Positions 10,008 to 20,986 are shown, counted from the stretch's first letter. The stretch is 64,000 nt of DNA from Candidatus Acidiferrales bacterium (GCA_035943235.1 DASZCH010000129.1:13229-77228); one strand, 5' to 3'. Notes: generated by a model not told the origin, from the letters alone. Translations and numbers: made by a program.

Positions 10008-10859
10008 TCAGGCATGAGGAGCAGGCCCGCGAATTTCCGGATCAGACATCGGAGCCGCAGATGCTCGCGCCCATCGAAAATAGAGAACCAGCCACACGAG
10101 TTGAAGCACAAGGAAGGGATATAGCTGTCTTTCTAGAAATGACTGCGTCACCCGATTCGATTGGCCTGCACGACGGGGGAGAGAGACGCCTGCCGGAAAA
10201 TGAAAACGCACGATCGACGGAAGCGCGGGAAAACTGCCAGCCAGTTCGTCGGATCCCTGCACTACTTCCATCTGGGGTAGATAAACTGATCCACCCCGAT
10301 AATCCGCCGGCAAATCTAAGCGAATTGTCGCAATCGTCGCCCCACTCTGATCCGAAGACAGGGGCTGTGCCGGCATTGCGATGGGAATACTAGAGTCCTG
10401 GTTAAACAGTTGAATGGCATAACTAACTGTATAATTCCGGAAATTCCGATCGTCATTTTCCGGCTTCAGTATCAGGGAAATCCAAGGTCCTTTCTTCGAC
10501 ATCGCGTAATCGTTGTTGGCGTCGTCCTCTCGGATCGTCATGCGTTGGATTTCAGCCGAAGAATCAGTCAGTAATTGAAACTTGCTGAAGGCAGGGCCAT
10601 GTATGTGGAAGTACCGCTCCCGAACCACTCCTGTGCCGCCCGGTCGAAGCTCAATATGAACCTCCACAAGAGCGACGGCCGTATCACCGGCTGCGCTCCC
10701 GGTGGCTAAGATTGAAAATATGACTAGGATCATGATCCCTAACGCCGCAAGGGAATGCACGATTCGATGCTTGATATCCCTTCTGTTAGGAGCCGCCGGA
10801 GCGTTTAAACGGATCATTCGAAGCCTAACGGGACACTGTTTTCCGCTATGCCGAAGCAT
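10008..10859 (-). CDS. Hypothetical membrane-anchored protein (one TM near each end)
   Basis: Long ORF in operon position between the aminotransferase and the symporter. No recognisable motif. Start uncertain (10859 or 10817). Confidence 0.45.
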   Translation of the reverse strand: MLRHSGKQCPVRLRMIRLNAPAAPNRRDIKHRIVHSLAALGIMILVIFSILATGSAAGDTAVALVEVHIELRPGGTGVVRERYFHIHGPAFSKFQLLTDSSAEIQRMTIREDDANNDYAMSKKGPWISLILKPENDDRNFRNYTVSYAIQLFNQDSSIPIAMPAQPLSSDQSGATIATIRLDLPADYRGGSVYLPQMEVVQGSDELAGSFPALPSIVRFHFPAGVSLPRRAGQSNRVTQSFLERQLYPFLVLQLVWLVLYFRWARASAAPMSDPEIRGPAPHA

Positions 10860-10871
10860 GATTGAACAGAA

Positions 10872-12191
10872 TTATAGCCGTTGTGACCTGGCAACTGCCT
10901 CTAGACCTGTCCGCATCGCTGCCAACAGAAATTCTGCTTCTGCATCCCCGTGTGCGGCGCTAAGAGCGTGGTGTTGAATGTAATTCGGGGCACAAAGGAC
11001 CCTGTTTTCGGTAAGAGCTCGCACAAACACCTGGTAGGCTTTTGCATCCGACTTCAATATTTCACGGTAGTTCGTCGGCGCAGTTTCGGTGAAATACCAA
11101 TGAAAATGCCCTCCGCCACCGACCATTTTCACGGCTACTCCAAGTGTTTTCGCGATGCCTTCAAACTCCTGACGCATTTGGAGCAGCCGCTCATTTAATC
11201 GACGCACTACGGTTCCATCGGAAATCGTTTCCAATACTGCCGAACACGCGGCCAGCGAAGCTTGATGAGAATTAAAAGTACCAACGAATGCATATCGATT
11301 ACGGGTCGGCCCGTCCGGCGCCATCAGGCTCGCCCGGCCCGCGACGGCAGCAATAATGAAACCATTCCCAAGAGCCTTGCCGAATATTGATAAATCCGGC
11401 GTAACCCCGTAGAACTGTTGGGCGCTGCCTTGGACCAGCCGAAAGCCCGTGAGCAGTTCATCAAAAATGAGCACGATGCCCAGCTCGTGAGTGAGGCGTC
11501 GCAAACTCTGCAGGTAATCTTTCCGAGCTGGAATCCAACCGACGTCAATCATGATTGGCTCCACAACGACCGCAGCAAGACGGTGGGCGTTGCTGCGAAG
11601 GAGAACCTCGGTATTCTCAATATCGTTGAACGGCACGACCAGCGTCGAAGCGACTGCAGCGGGATGCAGTCCGGTCGAACCTGCGACTGACGAGGGACAC
11701 GCGGGGTCGCCACCACTCTCGGCATCGGGAAAGGAGCTTACGAAAACAAAATCGGACCAACCGTGGTAGCTTCCCTCCGGTTTCGCAATGTCGTTCTTGC
11801 CGGTATACGCGCGCGCCATCGATATCGCGTGCATGCTGGCTTCCGTACCCGTGTTCGTAAATCTCACTTGCTCTGCCGTGGATATATGTGTGAGGAATTG
11901 CTCGGCAGCGACAATGCTGAGTTCGCCTTCCAGTCCCGCTCCCAGTCCCGTTTCGATTTGCCGCTGCACCCGCCGCGATACGTCGGGATGTGCATGCCCC
12001 AGCATCACGGCGCCATTACCCATGATGCAATCCAAATACTGATTGCCATCGGCGTCGACAACCCAAGCTCCGTGGGCGCGCGCAAAGTAATGGGGATGAG
12101 GAACACGAACTCGAGAGTCTGAATGAGTTCCTCTTGGTACGATACCGACTCCGCGCTTATAGAGCTTCTCGGATTGATCCACAATTTCCAT
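10872..12191 (-). CDS. Class-III PLP aminotransferase (glutamate-1-semialdehyde aminomutase-like)
   Basis: Motifs TNTGTEA, GSYHGW, FDELLTGFR and SIFGKALGNG (PLP lysine). ATG at 12191 is preceded by AAGGA. Confidence 0.85.
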   Translation of the reverse strand: MEIVDQSEKLYKRGVGIVPRGTHSDSRVRVPHPHYFARAHGAWVVDADGNQYLDCIMGNGAVMLGHAHPDVSRRVQRQIETGLGAGLEGELSIVAAEQFLTHISTAEQVRFTNTGTEASMHAISMARAYTGKNDIAKPEGSYHGWSDFVFVSSFPDAESGGDPACPSSVAGSTGLHPAAVASTLVVPFNDIENTEVLLRSNAHRLAAVVVEPIMIDVGWIPARKDYLQSLRRLTHELGIVLIFDELLTGFRLVQGSAQQFYGVTPDLSIFGKALGNGFIIAAVAGRASLMAPDGPTRNRYAFVGTFNSHQASLAACSAVLETISDGTVVRRLNERLLQMRQEFEGIAKTLGVAVKMVGGGGHFHWYFTETAPTNYREILKSDAKAYQVFVRALTENRVLCAPNYIQHHALSAAHGDAEAEFLLAAMRTGLEAVARSQRL

Positions 12192-12199
12192 GTTGTTCC

Positions 12200-13174
12200 T
12201 TAGGAGTCCCACGATGTTGCTGTGGAAAGATCTCCAACCATAAATGCGTAATCACCGGGATTGACGCGAGACGTGTAATTCCTTGAGAGGACCAGAATGT
12301 TGTTTTCAAAGGGGGTGTAGAGCGTCTCGAGAGTCTCGAATGAGTATGGACTGATAATCTCTGCGAGTTTGTGTTGGCCCAAAAGGATTTCTCCGGGAAT
12401 CAGAGGCCTTTGCGGGACACAGAGCCCTCCCGCACGCGGTCGAATGACCCGGAGTTTGCGCATCAATAATTGCCCAGCAAGCTTTTCGACTTCACCAGAA
12501 AGTGCTCCAATGTAACGGAGCATGTTAATGACACCGCGAACGCTGCGGGAAACATGATCTCTCTGATCCACGTATCCGCCACCTAATTCGACAACAGTTG
12601 TAGGAATCTTTCTCCCCGTAGTAAGACCGGCCGTCGTGCCCGGATAGATCGGGCTCGGCGCATAGAGAAGCTTAGAAAGAAACGCTCGAGAAAGGCCTTC
12701 ATCGTTCAGTAGGTAACAGTAATCCACAAGGGGAAATGTACCCCCGGCATGAAGATCAATGTAATAGTCCAACTTTCCTAGGAACTGTTCGTCGATGGCT
12801 GCAGCCAGTTGTTCGCTGAACCAGCCGTCCCGAACACCAGGGAAAAGGCGATTCAAGTCGAGCATGTCGAGAGGCGTATTTCGTGACAGGCTTTCAAAGG
12901 CCAACGGGTTGGCCACGGGCATTAGCCATAGGCTTCCTGAAAGTGTTGTTGGATCGAGCGAGTTCCACAACTCCTGAACAACTTGTACTCCAACGATCTC
13001 ATCTCCGTGAATTGTTGCAGAAATGCCGATTTTGGGCCCCTCGCGATTGCCTTTCACGACCAAAACAGGCACGGACAGGTTAAAGCCACTTGCAAGTGTT
13101 GCGACCTCAATCGCATGCTGCTCCCGGAATTCTCCATCTTTGGCAATAGGTCTGGTCCTTGCATTCTGGTTCAT
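12200..13174 (-). CDS. Succinylglutamate desuccinylase/aspartoacylase (AstE/AspA) family deacylase
   Basis: Sequence GISATIHGDEIVGVQVVQELW, then ..DLHAGG. Start placed at MNQNART so it does not overlap the IclR gene. Confidence 0.8.
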   Translation of the reverse strand: MNQNARTRPIAKDGEFREQHAIEVATLASGFNLSVPVLVVKGNREGPKIGISATIHGDEIVGVQVVQELWNSLDPTTLSGSLWLMPVANPLAFESLSRNTPLDMLDLNRLFPGVRDGWFSEQLAAAIDEQFLGKLDYYIDLHAGGTFPLVDYCYLLNDEGLSRAFLSKLLYAPSPIYPGTTAGLTTGRKIPTTVVELGGGYVDQRDHVSRSVRGVINMLRYIGALSGEVEKLAGQLLMRKLRVIRPRAGGLCVPQRPLIPGEILLGQHKLAEIISPYSFETLETLYTPFENNILVLSRNYTSRVNPGDYAFMVGDLSTATSWDS

Positions 13175-13208
13175 TGGATTCCTCGCGTTCGCACAACCCG
13201 CTCTTGCT

Positions 13209-13985
13209 CTATGAATCCTGTTCCGGGTACGAATCGCTGAAGCCGACTCCGCTGAGAGCTTTGTGTAGGATTCCCACAATTTCGTGAATTCTCTTGTTCG
13301 TCATTCTTGGCGCCAAAGCCGACACAGAAATTGCCGCCAACATCCCGTTGGCTAATATCAGCGGCACGGCCACACATTTCGCTCCCATCTCCAGTTCCTG
13401 ATCATCAATCGCCATCCCTTGACGGCGAATATTTATAATCTCTTGCCTTATCCTTACGGCATCGGTTAACGTAAATTCTGTTCTCTTTTTCAACTGGGTT
13501 CGGCACAAGTATGTCTCAATGCTTTTCCTGTCGAGCCCGGCAAGAATGGCCTTTCCTGCCGCCGTACAATAAAGCGGAACGCGACGATACTTCGTGAAAA
13601 CTTGTGCGCCATGCTTGCCCTCCACGCGCTCGAGTAGAACTCCCTCAAAGCTTTCTCGGAAAGTGAGAGAGACAGACTCTCCGGTTTGTTCGGCGACTCG
13701 ACGCATCGCTGGCAACAAGCGCTCGGAAAGATTGAATCGGCTCATGACCATGCTTCCGAGGTTAAATAGCTTCAACGTAGCTTGATAGTGTTCCGTATAC
13801 CGGTCCTGGCTAACGAAACCGAGAGCCATCAAGGAACGTAAGAAACGATGTACCGTGCTTGGTGCAAGCCTGAGTGTCCTCGAAATCTGCGCAAGCGGCA
13901 TGGGAGCGTCAGAAAAAGCCAGCAGCTCAAGCAACGCGAATGCACGGGAAACTGAATTGAGCGGAACCAGCTTTTCATTCTCCAT
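13209..13985 (-). CDS. IclR-family transcriptional regulator
   Basis: Sequence SVSRAFALLELLA...MPLAQISRTLRLAPSTVHRFLRSLMALGFV. The C-terminal effector domain is present. Start could also be 14114. Confidence 0.85.
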   Translation of the reverse strand: MENEKLVPLNSVSRAFALLELLAFSDAPMPLAQISRTLRLAPSTVHRFLRSLMALGFVSQDRYTEHYQATLKLFNLGSMVMSRFNLSERLLPAMRRVAEQTGESVSLTFRESFEGVLLERVEGKHGAQVFTKYRRVPLYCTAAGKAILAGLDRKSIETYLCRTQLKKRTEFTLTDAVRIRQEIINIRRQGMAIDDQELEMGAKCVAVPLILANGMLAAISVSALAPRMTNKRIHEIVGILHKALSGVGFSDSYPEQDS

Positions 13986-14149
13986 ATCGCGGTGCGATTC
14001 GCGCTTTAACTTCGCGGCCTGCAATCTATTCGCAGATTTATCCCGATTTGAAATTATCGCGTCCCTGATATCCCCATTTGCGGCTGCTATCGGGGATACT
14101 CGTTCGATTGACAAGCAAATGTTATCCGCAATTCGGGGGCATCTTCATT

Positions 14150-17100
14150 TCAAAAAATATACTTCAGGGCAAATTGAATAATTCTCGGATTACTGACGGT
14201 CGTTGTAATGACGCCAAAAGTGCTTGGCGTTGCGAATTGCGCTGTCGGCTGTCCAAAATTCGGCGTGTTGGTAAGATTGAGAAATTCGGTGCGGAACTCC
14301 AATCTCGACGCTTCAATGACGGGCATCGGAAACGATTTCGCCACCGAAAAATCGAGGTTGTGCTGAGCCGGACCGTTCAGGAAATTTCTCGAACAATTTC
14401 CAAAATCTGTTCCATTGAACAACGGTGTCGGCAGCGCGAATCCCGCGGGGTTCAAGAAGCCGTTGAGGCGGCTCTCGACTGACCCCGAAGTCTCGGCGGG
14501 TAGACCCGTACAATTCGCGAAACCGCTCCGGCCGTAGATGGTACCTGATCGAGAATCTGTTACCGAAAATGGCGATCCAGATTGCAATAACAGAATTCCG
14601 GCCATGGTCCATCCACCAAGAGTCCCGCGCAGGAGTCGATTGGCATCCTTGAAGGCTGGAGAATCGTATACGAAGCTCAACACGTAACGGTGCGTGCGAT
14701 TGTAATCTGCCGGTCCGTATGCCCTATCAGGAAACAATTGATTGCCAGACAAGTTAGAGGCATCAAGAGCCGATAATCCAGCGCCTTGGCTGGATTGTAG
14801 GTCCAGCGCCCTCGACCACGTATAGCTGGATTGGAACTGCAGGCCACGGCTGAATCGCTTGGTCAGTCCAACCTGCAGTGAATTGTAATTTCCATCCTGA
14901 ATTGGTTTCCACTCCGCCACTCCAGAGCTCAATCCCAGGTAGGTCCGCCGACTTTGGACGTTGGCAACGGTCGTTGTTGTCAGGCCATTCACGGGGTTCT
15001 GCGGCGTTGCTATCAATGGTTGGTTATACCCTATGCCGAGAGGAATGCGAGACGACATCGAGCCCACATAGGCAACATCCAGCACAAGATCATTGCGCAG
15101 TTCCGTCTGTACCCCCAATGTGTATTCCTGGGAATAAGGACTCCTGAAATCATTGGGATCGATTGACTGGATCGTAATCGAATCGGTCGGCAGTCGAGGG
15201 ACAAAATCGGGAAACGCAGAGGCGGGCGGCAGAGCGGGATTAAAGGGATTCTGAAACGTCGCCGCCATGTTGGCCACTCCAGACCGAGAAACGGTCAGCG
15301 TAAAGGGCGTATTCTGGACCAACTCCAAAGGATATTGGGCAGAATTCCTCTCGTAATAAATGCCGTAACCGGCGCGCACTACCACTCGTGAGATTCCAAA
15401 TGGGCGCCAAGCCAATCCCAACCTCGGCGCGAAGTCCTTATAGTCTTTTTGCCAGATAGACGTGCCCGGAAGCTTTGTGACACCGTCGGGCACGATCCCG
15501 GGGAAGTTCGACGCCACGAGAAGACCAGTTAGCGTGCCGCCAGCAGGTGGGTTTGGAACCGCTAGCGCCGGATCAAAGTTGCTTAGTCGACCTTGGTTGT
15601 CGCTGGGCGGACCATAGAACTCGTAGCGAACGCCAAGATTGACGGTCAGGGAGCGAGAAACCTTTATGTCATCTTGCACATACCACGACCAGTTGATATA
15701 TCGTTCTCCTTTTTGGAATCGGCCCGCGACCGCCTGAGAAGAACTGACGTTGCTGAAGTTTGAACCGTTCTGGGCAGCGCTCATTCCGAGGAGAAAGTCC
15801 GGGAAAGTCTGAAAAGTAATCTGTCCAAGCGCGCGTGTTTGAAGTTCAGTATTTAGTTGATCCCTTTCAATTTGTCCACCCATCTTCAAGTCATGTCGAC
15901 CTAAATTGTAACTCACGGCGTCCTTGTATATAAAAGTGTCCGTGGCCTCTCTAAAAAGAGGCTGTTGCGTACCCAAGCTGAACAAGCCACTTACACCAAT
16001 CATCGGAATCGGAGCAAGCCCGGTTGGGGGTGTAATGCCGACGTCTGAATTTCCGACCGGCGCGTCGATGACACGCTTGCCGGCAAACCGCACGAAACCG
16101 AAGCTAGCTTGGTTCGTGAAATTAGAACCAAGCGCATAGGTGTGAGACAAAACCAACATTATGTTATGGTCGTTCTCAGATTGCCCGAATCCTGGGAGGT
16201 TCGAGCCTCCCAACGACAAGGCGAAGGGTGCCGATAGCGGGTCGCTCGAGTAAAAGAATCGGCCGCTCACCTCTTGTTTTGAAGTGATGCTGTGATCTAA
16301 ATTGATGCTGTATTGGTTCTCGGCGAATACAGCCGGGATAGAGAACGAAGATTCCCCCACTCCGGTTCCCAGAATCGTCTGGGGAGTGGGAATCAGATAG
16401 TTCCCGTTGGGCAATTTGAATTGAAGGAGTTTGAGTGCGACAGGATTGATGTTCGAGCCATCTGCCGCGACCGCGACGCCACCTTGTTGGCCTGATAGGC
16501 CTCCGAACTCTGCACCTAATGCCGATGCAGAACGATCATCTGTTAGGGGAGGTAGCAAGACAGTGCTGGCGCCGAAAGAAGAGTAGCCATTCCGCTCGCG
16601 TGTCCCTTGATAGGACAAAAAGAAAAACGTTCTATCTTTGCGAATCGGGCCTCCAAAAGTAAAGCCGAACTGATTGTGATCAAGCACAGGCCTAGGTTGC
16701 CCATTCTTGTTGCGAAAGAAGGCATTCGCGTTCAGTGCCGTATTTCGGAAAAATTCCCACGCGTCTCCGTGAAAGCTATTGCCGCCACTCTTACCTACAA
16801 TGTTCACATTTGCGCCGGCGCTCCGGCCTGAACTAGCATCGTACATTCCTGTCTGTACTTTGAACTCTTCAAGTGAATCTGGAGCGGGGATTGCCAAGCC
16901 GACTTGGGGGCCGAAGCCAGCTGCAGAATTCTCGGAGAGATTGTTAGCGTCAACTCCATTGAATTGAAAGTTGTTGTAGCTGGTTCTTATTCCATTGGAT
17001 GATACGTTCTGATTGTTCTTGCCCAGTTGTCCTGCATCTGGCAATTCCACCGCCACTCCGGGCGAAAGCGCCAAAATCTGGGTGAAGTTACGATTCGCCA

Positions 17101-17542
17101 GGGGCAAGTCCGCCATTTCGCGAGCAGTCACTACCCTGCCGAGAGTTGTATCGGTCGTTTGGAGTAAGTCCGGCGTTCCCGATACGCGAATTTCGGAGCT
17201 TGTCGCGCCCACTTCCAGCGCGATGTTGGTCACCGCCGTTTCCGTTACCACCACCACAATACTCGTTATTGTTTTCGTCCGAAATCCAGGCGCCGACACC
17301 GTCACAGTATAATTTCCGGGAGGCAACAGACTGACCTGGTAATCTCCGTCACTACCCGACCGAAGGGTACGGACTAGCTGCGTGCTGGTATTTGTGACCC
17401 CGACCACCGCGCCGACGATCGCGGCACCCGACGGGTCTACAATTGTACCGGTGATCGCACCGGTCCCAGACGTCTGCCCCATCGCACCGCTTCCAACAAA
17501 CAGCAGAATAGCCCACGCGAACAAAACATGTCTTCGACGCAT
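14150..17542 (-). CDS. TonB-dependent receptor with N-terminal CarboxypepD_reg domain
   Basis: Signal peptide MRRRHVLFAWAILLFVGSGAMGQ. Sequence GAITGTIVDPSGAAIVGAVVGVTN...GDYQVSLLPPGNYTVTVSAPGF. ~1100-aa barrel ending ...FALKYIF. Confidence 0.85.
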   Translation of the reverse strand: MRRRHVLFAWAILLFVGSGAMGQTSGTGAITGTIVDPSGAAIVGAVVGVTNTSTQLVRTLRSGSDGDYQVSLLPPGNYTVTVSAPGFRTKTITSIVVVVTETAVTNIALEVGATSSEIRVSGTPDLLQTTDTTLGRVVTAREMADLPLANRNFTQILALSPGVAVELPDAGQLGKNNQNVSSNGIRTSYNNFQFNGVDANNLSENSAAGFGPQVGLAIPAPDSLEEFKVQTGMYDASSGRSAGANVNIVGKSGGNSFHGDAWEFFRNTALNANAFFRNKNGQPRPVLDHNQFGFTFGGPIRKDRTFFFLSYQGTRERNGYSSFGASTVLLPPLTDDRSASALGAEFGGLSGQQGGVAVAADGSNINPVALKLLQFKLPNGNYLIPTPQTILGTGVGESSFSIPAVFAENQYSINLDHSITSKQEVSGRFFYSSDPLSAPFALSLGGSNLPGFGQSENDHNIMLVLSHTYALGSNFTNQASFGFVRFAGKRVIDAPVGNSDVGITPPTGLAPIPMIGVSGLFSLGTQQPLFREATDTFIYKDAVSYNLGRHDLKMGGQIERDQLNTELQTRALGQITFQTFPDFLLGMSAAQNGSNFSNVSSSQAVAGRFQKGERYINWSWYVQDDIKVSRSLTVNLGVRYEFYGPPSDNQGRLSNFDPALAVPNPPAGGTLTGLLVASNFPGIVPDGVTKLPGTSIWQKDYKDFAPRLGLAWRPFGISRVVVRAGYGIYYERNSAQYPLELVQNTPFTLTVSRSGVANMAATFQNPFNPALPPASAFPDFVPRLPTDSITIQSIDPNDFRSPYSQEYTLGVQTELRNDLVLDVAYVGSMSSRIPLGIGYNQPLIATPQNPVNGLTTTTVANVQSRRTYLGLSSGVAEWKPIQDGNYNSLQVGLTKRFSRGLQFQSSYTWSRALDLQSSQGAGLSALDASNLSGNQLFPDRAYGPADYNRTHRYVLSFVYDSPAFKDANRLLRGTLGGWTMAGILLLQSGSPFSVTDSRSGTIYGRSGFANCTGLPAETSGSVESRLNGFLNPAGFALPTPLFNGTDFGNCSRNFLNGPAQHNLDFSVAKSFPMPVIEASRLEFRTEFLNLTNTPNFGQPTAQFATPSTFGVITTTVSNPRIIQFALKYIF

Positions 17543-17716
17543 GTTCCGTATCCTCCGTAATACGCCACGATCAGAACTCAGATACATGAAATGACACTTC
17601 ATTTCTTGCTCTTCGGTGACATCGGTCTCAATCGCTATCGTTTAGATCTGTCTTCCTTCGAGCGCAGGCACAGACCTGCCTGACGCAAGGCCGATCTCTA
17701 TCGGCGGTAAATGTCT

Positions 17717-20700
17717 TCACCGAATCGTCATTGCATTCGCTCGCTTCAAGATATTGTTGACCTCGGGTGCATCTCGGTTCTCAAGCTTTTCAAGCCGACC
17801 CGAAACTCGGGCCAGAGACAGCTTCAATTCGGCGAACTTGGATGTCTGAATTTCCGTTGGAGCCGCGGTGGAGGATTCAAGCGTATACAAGAGAAAAGTA
17901 AGTTGAACTGGCACATTGGGAGGAATACGCCCGCCGTCAAAAGATTTGATGTCGGGGTTAGCGAGAAGACCATGGAGCTCTTCCATCTGCTTCGCAAATA
18001 AATCTACCGATTTTCGTGCTTCCTCGGCGAGAGGAGGAGCCCCTGGCCTTTTCCGGGACTCGAGAGTTGGCATCCAGGACGCCTCGAATGCTTCGAAATT
18101 CTTCTGTTCCTGAATCGACTTTTGGTAGAGATCATACGCATCCATCATGAGCCTGTCGTGCTTGGAGCGATCTAAGGCACTGATGTGAATCTTCGGATCA
18201 TCTACGACTGATAGCTTTGTCGTATCCTGCCGCACACCCAGCGATATCTTGACTGTGTAAGTCCCGGGCTCAACCCTTGGACCGAGTACGGCGTTATAGA
18301 AAAATCCTTCATATGTCGACCATTTTTGTAACTCCGTAGGTTCCACAATGGTGGGATACCGCAGGTCCCAGCCGACGCGATTGATGCCCTGATTGGCCGG
18401 ACCCTCGAGCTCTCGGACGACATTCCCTTTTTCGTCTAGAATGGTGATTTTCACGTGCTGACTCGTTTTAGGCTCGTCCATCAGGCAGTAGTCAATCAGA
18501 GCCTCGGCAGGATTTGGACCAATGTAGACCTGGTTACCGAGGAATCCGTTCGTTTCATCGACTATTCGCCACGCTGTCGAAGGCCGGAGGTTGAATAAGT
18601 GCAGACCAGGGCTGGCCTCGGATTTCAATTCCTCGAGCGGTCGAATGTCGTCGAGAACCCAGAACGAGAGCCCGTAGGAAGCGACTATCAGATCATGTTC
18701 TCTGGGCTGGATTTGGATATCGTGGATGGAAACATTCGGCAGGCCATATCGCAGATGTTTCCAACTGGCACCCTGGTCGAATGAAACGTAGCCTCCAAAC
18801 TCGGTTCCCGCAAACAAGAGCTCCGGGCTATACGGATCCTCGCGAATCACATGAATAATGTTGGGCTCCGCAATACCCTCCTTAATGGGAGTCCAAGACT
18901 GTCCGAAGTCCATGGTTCGGAATGCATAGACGTGATAATCGTTCTTGTTCGACCTGTCAAAGGTTACATATGCAGTCCCTTGAGCAAAATGCGAAGCCTC
19001 GATGCGACCCACCCAGCTACCTTTGGGAACCGGAACATTCTCGACCACGCTCGTCCACGTCTTCCCCCCATCGCGAGTCACGTGCAAAGCTCCGTCGCCG
19101 CTGCCCACCCACAGCAAACTCGCATTGATCGGCGATTCACTGATTGCAGTAAGGATGTCCGAACGGCGAAATCCTGCTACGGATCGACTTCCTTTTCCAA
19201 CCGTCAGATCACCACTGATTTTGGTCCAACTATCGCCCCGATTTGTCGACTTGAAAACAAAGTTCGCACCCACGTACAGAGTCTTATGGTCCTGCGAAGA
19301 AACCACAAATGGAGCATCAAAGGGCCAGCGAAAAGCCGGCTCTCCCGCTGCTGGCTGAGGCTGTAGAGAAGCCGACTCGTGAGTTGACAAGTTGCGCCGG
19401 TATAGAGATCCGCTCTGCGCTTCCGCGTACACGATATTGGAATCGGTCGGATCAGGCGTCGTGTATACGCCATCTCCGAGAAGCAACCGAAACCAATCTT
19501 CGCGCGTAATTCCCCACCGGGACCGGTTTCGACTGGCTCCGCACCAATCTCCGTTGTCTTGCATCCCGCCACAGATGTGATATGGAGTTGCGTTGTCGTA
19601 ACCCAACTCGTAGAACTGGCCGACAGGAAGCGTGTCGACGAACTCCCAGTGGTGCCCCCGGTCGTGCGTGATCCACACTCCCCCGTCATTTCCCGCGATC
19701 ATGAGCCGGGAGTCGCTCGGATCGATCCACATCGAGCGAAAGTCAAAGTGAACGTTTTGAACTATTCCGCCCCACGAAGTCCCGCCCAGGTCCTGGTCGA
19801 ATGTTTTGCCGCCGTTGGCTGAAAAGAACAGGCGCGTGCTAAGAACCCATATCCTCTGGTCGTCATTCGGATCAACGATGATCCGACCGAAGGAACGGTT
19901 CGGGTTGCCCATCTTGACCCACGTCTCTCCCGAGTCTTCACTTCGGAAAATTCCGCCATCTGTGTGCTCGACGCGTGCGTAAATGATGTTTGGATTCTTG
20001 CGATAAACAGCGACGGAGATGTGCGCCGTGTCTCCTCCCTTCTCGTAGGGCAGTCCCCTTGTCAGCTTTTTCCAAGTGGCTCCACTGTCAACCGACTTGT
20101 ACAAAGCACTCTTGCCGCCTCCGCCCGTGAATCCGGGCCCTGAAGTAGTGAGACCGGATTGCGGTCGACGTCCTTCGAATACCGACACGTAGAGCACATT
20201 CGAATGCGCCGGATCGGATGCCATGTCCCAAACGCCCGTGTCGTCATTGATGAACAGTATCTTGGACCATGTTTTGCCTCCATCCGTGGTCTTGAATAGC
20301 CCGCGCTCTTCATTGGGTCCGGATGAATGTCCCAACGCCCCCACATAAACGACGGCGGGATTTTTTGAATCGATGATGATGCCCGTAATGCTTTGCGTGT
20401 CATCGAGTCCCATGTGAGTCCAAGTCGCGCCAGCGTCGGTGGACTTATAAACACCGTTGCCCCAGTTGGACACGGGGCCACCAGTTCCGACCCACACAAC
20501 CGAAGGATTCGAAGCTGCTATAGCGATTTCTCCGATTGCCAAGACCGGTTCTTTCTGGAACACGGGCCGAAAAGTGATCCCGCCATCTGTGGTTTTCCAG
20601 ACACCGCCTGTCGCCGCCCCGCAATAGAAAGTATCAGGATCGCTCGCTACCACCGCCAGCGCTGAAACACGCCCCCCCTGACCTGCGGGACCGATCGGGC

Positions 20701-20890
20701 GGAACGCAAAACCATCCTGAATAGACTGATTGTCGGGTTGCCCGGGATGTGCAAGCTCCGTGGCCTCGATGTTCCGCTCATCAGACGACGGGCTTGTCTG
20801 GCAAAATACGTTCGCCCCGCCGACAAGAACCAAACACAGCGAAAAAAACAACGTGCGAACGATCACTGAACCAGGCGACGCTGCATTCAT
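17717..20890 (-). CDS. Exported BNR/Asp-box repeat (sortilin/VPS10-like) beta-propeller protein
   Basis: Signal peptide, then more than 10 Asp-box motifs (TTDGGITF, STDAGATW, TTDGGKTW, SVDSGATW, SEDSGETW, TRDGGKTW, ...). Paralog of 37343..40537. Confidence 0.85.
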   Translation of the reverse strand: MNAASPGSVIVRTLFFSLCLVLVGGANVFCQTSPSSDERNIEATELAHPGQPDNQSIQDGFAFRPIGPAGQGGRVSALAVVASDPDTFYCGAATGGVWKTTDGGITFRPVFQKEPVLAIGEIAIAASNPSVVWVGTGGPVSNWGNGVYKSTDAGATWTHMGLDDTQSITGIIIDSKNPAVVYVGALGHSSGPNEERGLFKTTDGGKTWSKILFINDDTGVWDMASDPAHSNVLYVSVFEGRRPQSGLTTSGPGFTGGGGKSALYKSVDSGATWKKLTRGLPYEKGGDTAHISVAVYRKNPNIIYARVEHTDGGIFRSEDSGETWVKMGNPNRSFGRIIVDPNDDQRIWVLSTRLFFSANGGKTFDQDLGGTSWGGIVQNVHFDFRSMWIDPSDSRLMIAGNDGGVWITHDRGHHWEFVDTLPVGQFYELGYDNATPYHICGGMQDNGDWCGASRNRSRWGITREDWFRLLLGDGVYTTPDPTDSNIVYAEAQSGSLYRRNLSTHESASLQPQPAAGEPAFRWPFDAPFVVSSQDHKTLYVGANFVFKSTNRGDSWTKISGDLTVGKGSRSVAGFRRSDILTAISESPINASLLWVGSGDGALHVTRDGGKTWTSVVENVPVPKGSWVGRIEASHFAQGTAYVTFDRSNKNDYHVYAFRTMDFGQSWTPIKEGIAEPNIIHVIREDPYSPELLFAGTEFGGYVSFDQGASWKHLRYGLPNVSIHDIQIQPREHDLIVASYGLSFWVLDDIRPLEELKSEASPGLHLFNLRPSTAWRIVDETNGFLGNQVYIGPNPAEALIDYCLMDEPKTSQHVKITILDEKGNVVRELEGPANQGINRVGWDLRYPTIVEPTELQKWSTYEGFFYNAVLGPRVEPGTYTVKISLGVRQDTTKLSVVDDPKIHISALDRSKHDRLMMDAYDLYQKSIQEQKNFEAFEASWMPTLESRKRPGAPPLAEEARKSVDLFAKQMEELHGLLANPDIKSFDGGRIPPNVPVQLTFLLYTLESSTAAPTEIQTSKFAELKLSLARVSGRLEKLENRDAPEVNNILKRANAMTIR

Positions 20891-20986
20891 GTGACTCCCC
20901 CCTTGGCCGAAGTCGACGATTCGTCCATCACGATCAAGGCATGGAACGCGGCCATCAGGATTCGTGGTTCACGCTAATTCCACTAG

